The position numbers and the translations under genes are program-made. Positions 26,443 through 29,112 of a DNA stretch of 29,112 nucleotides are shown here, in pieces. Positions within the stretch are counted from its first letter, which is position 1, and each line of letters begins with the position of its first letter. The DNA is from an uncultured virus (IMG/VR IMGVR_UViG_3300025410_000014). Taxonomy: Duplodnaviria; Heunggongvirae; Uroviricota; Caudoviricetes. Under the pieces are notes generated by a model. The model was not told the DNA's origin and made no database searches. It saw only the letters and a list, made by a program, of their open reading frames with translations. The stretch lies in IMG/VR virus record IMGVR_UViG_3300025410_000014; one strand, 5' to 3'.

Positions 26443-27039
26443 TTAACCGCCTAAAACGGAAAGGGCGTGTTGGGTTAATTTTATACGTTCTTCAAGACCA
26501 AATGTACCACCATTTATGCGTTTTGTTAAGCCCTCCCAGTTCTGCGCTTCAGCCAGATCGTTGCATCCATGAGTCTTCCAGAACCACCCAGCAGACAAAG
26601 CAGCATACATTGGGGTCGCAACAAGTTGCGGTTCTTTGACCATATCCCTCTGGACTGACTGCCCAAAGTGGTAATAGTTATCGTGTCCAGTCAACTGAAT
26701 ACAGCCCCGACCATGAAACCGCCAACCATCTCCTGATTTTTCATCACGGTTTCCCATTCGATTGGCGTAAATTCTGTTGGCAATCTTCTCGGGCTGGTGG
26801 GCGTAAAGGGCAAACTCATTGGGTTGAAACTTGTGTCCAAAGAGCTTTTGTAAGGTTTCGGCTCGATAGTTGAGGTTTTCTTCCAATGTTTTGAAACGGT
26901 TGCACTCGTGGCTGCACTGTCCGATAAAAGCTGCCTGCTTCTTGACATCGTTCATCCCAAACGTAGTAAAAGTTGTAGTCAATGGCTCTGACCATTCAGC
27001 ACCTATCCCGAGCTGATTGAGCTTCTCAGGGCTTAACAT
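26443..27039 (-). CDS. endolysin, glycoside hydrolase family 19
   Basis: FIGQCSHEC...LEENLNY, GDGWRFHGRGCIQLTG, SAGWFW, TKRINGGTFGLEER. Confidence 0.92.
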   Translation of the reverse strand: MLSPEKLNQLGIGAEWSEPLTTTFTTFGMNDVKKQAAFIGQCSHECNRFKTLEENLNYRAETLQKLFGHKFQPNEFALYAHQPEKIANRIYANRMGNRDEKSGDGWRFHGRGCIQLTGHDNYYHFGQSVQRDMVKEPQLVATPMYAALSAGWFWKTHGCNDLAEAQNWEGLTKRINGGTFGLEERIKLTQHALSVLGG

Positions 27040-27493
27040 TAACCATCTCCCTTACTTTGTTGTAGGTGTCGATACAGGCGTTGAGCTGGGTGATGGCGAT
27101 GTCCCCGTCTGCTGCGATACTTGCAAGAGCCTTAATAGTCTCTCGCTCAGATTCGCTTGCATCGGTTGAATCTCCTCTGGGAGAGGTGGCATCTGTGGTG
27201 GCTTGAACGGGACAACTGGAGGGGAGGCGCAACTCGCCAGAGTCAATCCTAGAATTAATACTAGACTGCTTTGTTTTAACATCATTTCTCGCCTTTACAA
27301 GTGCAGTGGTTACGCCTGTTAACTTCTTGTTCAGTTCTGCTTCTTTTGCCCGAGCTTCGTCATTAAGTCGGATAATTTCTGCTTGATCTTCTGCAACACG
27401 TTGCTCATAGCCTTGATGATGTCCATAAAAGTACACTCCTAAAATAGCACAAATTGCGCCAATGATGAACCATGGGTTGAGAAAACTAAACAT
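27026..27493 (-). CDS. i-spanin (Rz-like)
   Basis: N-terminal TM helix, periplasmic coiled coil, GELRL motif, C-terminal QLNACIDTY; adjacent to the endolysin; contains a nested lipoprotein gene. Confidence 0.85.
   Translation of the reverse strand: MFSFLNPWFIIGAICAILGVYFYGHHQGYEQRVAEDQAEIIRLNDEARAKEAELNKKLTGVTTALVKARNDVKTKQSSINSRIDSGELRLPSSCPVQATTDATSPRGDSTDASESERETIKALASIAADGDIAITQLNACIDTYNKVREMVNVKP
27052..27285 (-). CDS. o-spanin (Rz1-like lipoprotein), fully embedded in the +1 frame of the i-spanin
   Basis: Signal peptide with lipobox LASC; Pro-rich mature part; architecture as lambda Rz/Rz1. Confidence 0.85.
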   Translation of the reverse strand: MMLKQSSLVLILGLTLASCASPPVVPFKPPQMPPLPEEIQPMQANLSERLLRLLQVSQQTGTSPSPSSTPVSTPTTK

Positions 27494-27953
27494 TTACACT
27501 TGCCCTTGCATTTGCCATGCGCTCTCGCTCTTCCTCATGCTCTAAGCTCGGTGGAGTTGTGGGCGGAGGAGGAGGTGTCCAAGCTTGGGTAGGATCAATG
27601 CTGAATCCTGAAGTGGAGTTGTTGCCACTTTGAAATTGCATTGGGTTTCCATACCCCATTTGCCCCATCATGGGCTGACCCATGCAAGGATTAAAAGGCA
27701 TCGGAGGAGGGGGTGGAGGCACGCTAGACTTGCCTGTGAGCACCAAACTGACCACGGTGAATATCTGCGCCATAGCCATAGAAAGAATGGCCAAGATCGC
27801 CTTATCAGCAGGCGCTTCGGTAAAAAGTGGCTGTTCAATGAACACAATGCTGTATGAGAACAGCACTGTTACTAGGACAAGGATAAAGCAAAACGTCTTT
27901 AGGATAAACGCCTTGGTCTCGATGTCAACTTGTTCAGGGGTTTTGTGCGCCAT
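27486..27953 (-). CDS. two-TM membrane protein with Pro-rich C-terminal tail, holin candidate
   Basis: Two hydrophobic helices; lysis context. Start re-called to about 27953 (uncertain) because the upstream part of the track ORF overlaps the lipoprotein gene. Confidence 0.65.
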   Translation of the reverse strand: MAHKTPEQVDIETKAFILKTFCFILVLVTVLFSYSIVFIEQPLFTEAPADKAILAILSMAMAQIFTVVSLVLTGKSSVPPPPPPMPFNPCMGQPMMGQMGYGNPMQFQSGNNSTSGFSIDPTQAWTPPPPPTTPPSLEHEEERERMANARASVNV

Positions 27954-28107
27954 TTTTCGGTTTATTAAAAAATTCGGGACAATTTTGAGAGGCAACACAG
28001 AGAGGCGGTTTGCAGTCTTCCGCATCCCAGTTCTTAGGGTCTTGGCAATGGTAGCGATATCTGTCGTCACAAGACACCAACAAAAGAGTTAATAGCAACC
28101 ACTTCAT
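27934..28107 (-). CDS. Cys-rich lipoprotein (57 aa, MKWLLLTLLLVSCDDRYRYHCQDPKNWDAEDCKPPLCVASQNCPEFFNKPKNGAQNP)
   Basis: Not in the ORF track. ATGA overlap with the upstream gene, AAGGA just upstream, lipobox LVSC, four further Cys. Confidence 0.8.
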   Translation of the reverse strand: MKWLLLTLLLVSCDDRYRYHCQDPKNWDAEDCKPPLCVASQNCPEFFNKPKNGAQNP

Positions 28108-28343
28108 TTTCCTTCAATCCTTGCAAGAGCCTTGTTTACACGAATCTCCATCATCTTGATGTCTATGTACATCCACGAAAGCAGTGGTATGAATAGGAGG
28201 ATCACCACCATCAAGACCACGATAACAATGACGAAGAACGAACGATCATCAGCATCAGCCATATCCACGCTATCATCAGAAACGTTATTACTGTAGCTAT
28301 TGCTTTGTCTTGGAATTCCTCCGCCCTTTGACGCTTTAGCCAT
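28104..28343 (-). CDS. single-pass membrane protein
   Basis: Long hydrophobic segment FFVIVIVVLMVVILLFIPLLSWMYI; stop coupled to the lipoprotein start. Confidence 0.7.
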   Translation of the reverse strand: MAKASKGGGIPRQSNSYSNNVSDDSVDMADADDRSFFVIVIVVLMVVILLFIPLLSWMYIDIKMMEIRVNKALARIEGK

Positions 28344-28930
28344 GCCGCTTTCCGTTTCTTGTCTAGCTCCGCCTTTCTAGCTAACGCCTGCTGATTGGCA
28401 ATATGCCCAATCATTTTATTCACCCGACTGTACAAGTCCTTCATCTCAGGAGGAACATGGTAGACCATGTACTCTCTCATCTCTTCATTCAACTTTTCCA
28501 TCTGTAAATTGGCAATCACCAACTTGATCGCAATGTCGTTTCCTTCTTCATTGTTGGCAGTCAGCGACAACTCTTCTTGTTCTTTTGTGTAAGCCTTTAA
28601 GCCGTTGTATGCGTGGAAGAACTTGGTGAGGGCATCTGCGACTTGGGCATAGATTTGGTTCTCATCAAATTCAACCCTCTTTTTCGGTTTAGCTTTAGCA
28701 GGAGCTTGCTTAACCGTGGCTTGTGGCTTTTCTTTACCACCGAAGAGTTTAGAGAAAAACCCAAATATCCCTTTTGCGTCATTTTGGATACTTTTGATAT
28801 CCCCCACAACTCCATCAATCTCTTTCTTGGCATCAACAACGAACTGCCTTCCCTCTTTGTACATCTCGCAGGATTCTTTGACGAGTTTAAACGCCGAAGT
28901 TGCCAGAGCGACAAGGGTGAATGGATCAAT
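28211..28930 (-). CDS. coiled-coil protein with C-terminal TM helix; probable ATT start
   Basis: The frame is open upstream of ATG 28864 as IDPFTLVALATSAFKLVKESCE. ATT at 28930 lies 2 nt after the upstream stop. Confidence 0.65.
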   Translation of the reverse strand: MDPFTLVALATSAFKLVKESCEMYKEGRQFVVDAKKEIDGVVGDIKSIQNDAKGIFGFFSKLFGGKEKPQATVKQAPAKAKPKKRVEFDENQIYAQVADALTKFFHAYNGLKAYTKEQEELSLTANNEEGNDIAIKLVIANLQMEKLNEEMREYMVYHVPPEMKDLYSRVNKMIGHIANQQALARKAELDKKRKAAWLKRQRAEEFQDKAIATVITFLMIAWIWLMLMIVRSSSLLSWS

Positions 28931-28932
28931 TT

Positions 28933-29112
28933 TTACAACCCAAAGAACTTGTGGAAGAACTGCCCTGCTACGTTCGGGCCGAGCAGGACTAGGAGCATCA
29001 CACCATAGATCAAATACTCGATCTTGGTCATGCGTCTATCGCCTTCTTTCAGCATATCTGCGATCTGCCTATAGCGCTCATCACAGACTGCAACGTGAAC
29101 GGCAAGGTCTTT
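28933..29112 (-). CDS. partial small membrane protein, XhlA-like/holin-associated type (5' end outside window)
   Basis: ...KDLAVHVAVCDERYRQIADMLKEGDRRMTKIEYLIYGVMLLVLLGPNVAGQFFHKFFGL*: coiled coil followed by a TM helix. Confidence 0.7.
   Translation of the reverse strand, partial: KDLAVHVAVCDERYRQIADMLKEGDRRMTKIEYLIYGVMLLVLLGPNVAGQFFHKFFGL

Noticed and set aside
27954..28070. N-terminal 39 aa of the 194-aa track ORF
   Set aside because: This region is better explained by the lipoprotein gene in another frame. The true start is probably at or near 27953.
28597..28929. 110-aa TTG-start minus-strand ORF
   Set aside because: It is a frame-shifted shadow of the coiled-coil gene; the protein-like N-terminus is in the other frame.
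1..29112. tRNA/rRNA genes, integrase, transposase, reverse transcriptase (DGR or retron), introns or inteins
   Set aside because: None was recognisable by eye. The intergenic gaps are very short, and the polymerase, helicase and primase have uninterrupted motifs.

Overview
This window is a 29 kb segment of a tailed dsDNA phage genome, most likely podovirus-like and infecting a Gram-negative host (it has spanins, ejection-type virion proteins and no tape measure gene in view). Two gene blocks converge on an intrinsic terminator at about 12.0 kb. The + strand (1-11973) carries family A DNA polymerase, an array of small translationally coupled ORFs sharing repeated peptide/DNA modules, a Cas4/AddB-like nuclease, an HNH-like protein, an SNF2 helicase, a putative SSB, an HTH regulator and a primase-helicase. 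The - strand (29112-12032) carries an elaborate membrane/lysis cluster with GH19 endolysin and nested spanins, a tail/nozzle-like protein, several probable internal virion (ejection) proteins including a lytic transglycosylase, and a 2167-aa polyvalent-type protein. The most notable things not in the ORF track are: (1) a cassette-like gene array whose junctions share a ~33-bp motif that is at once a conserved C-terminal peptide, an RBS and a stop/start overlap; (2) a 56-aa gene with a perfect RBS overprinted inside the giant virion gene, next to a direct-repeat-bounded 128-codon insert; (3) a structured leader whose loop can pair with the primase RBS region; (4) a probable ~55-nt small RNA with its own promoter and terminator; (5) an extra Cys-rich lipoprotein and a probable ATT start codon in the lysis cluster. 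Family assignments come from motif recognition by eye; no database searches were run.
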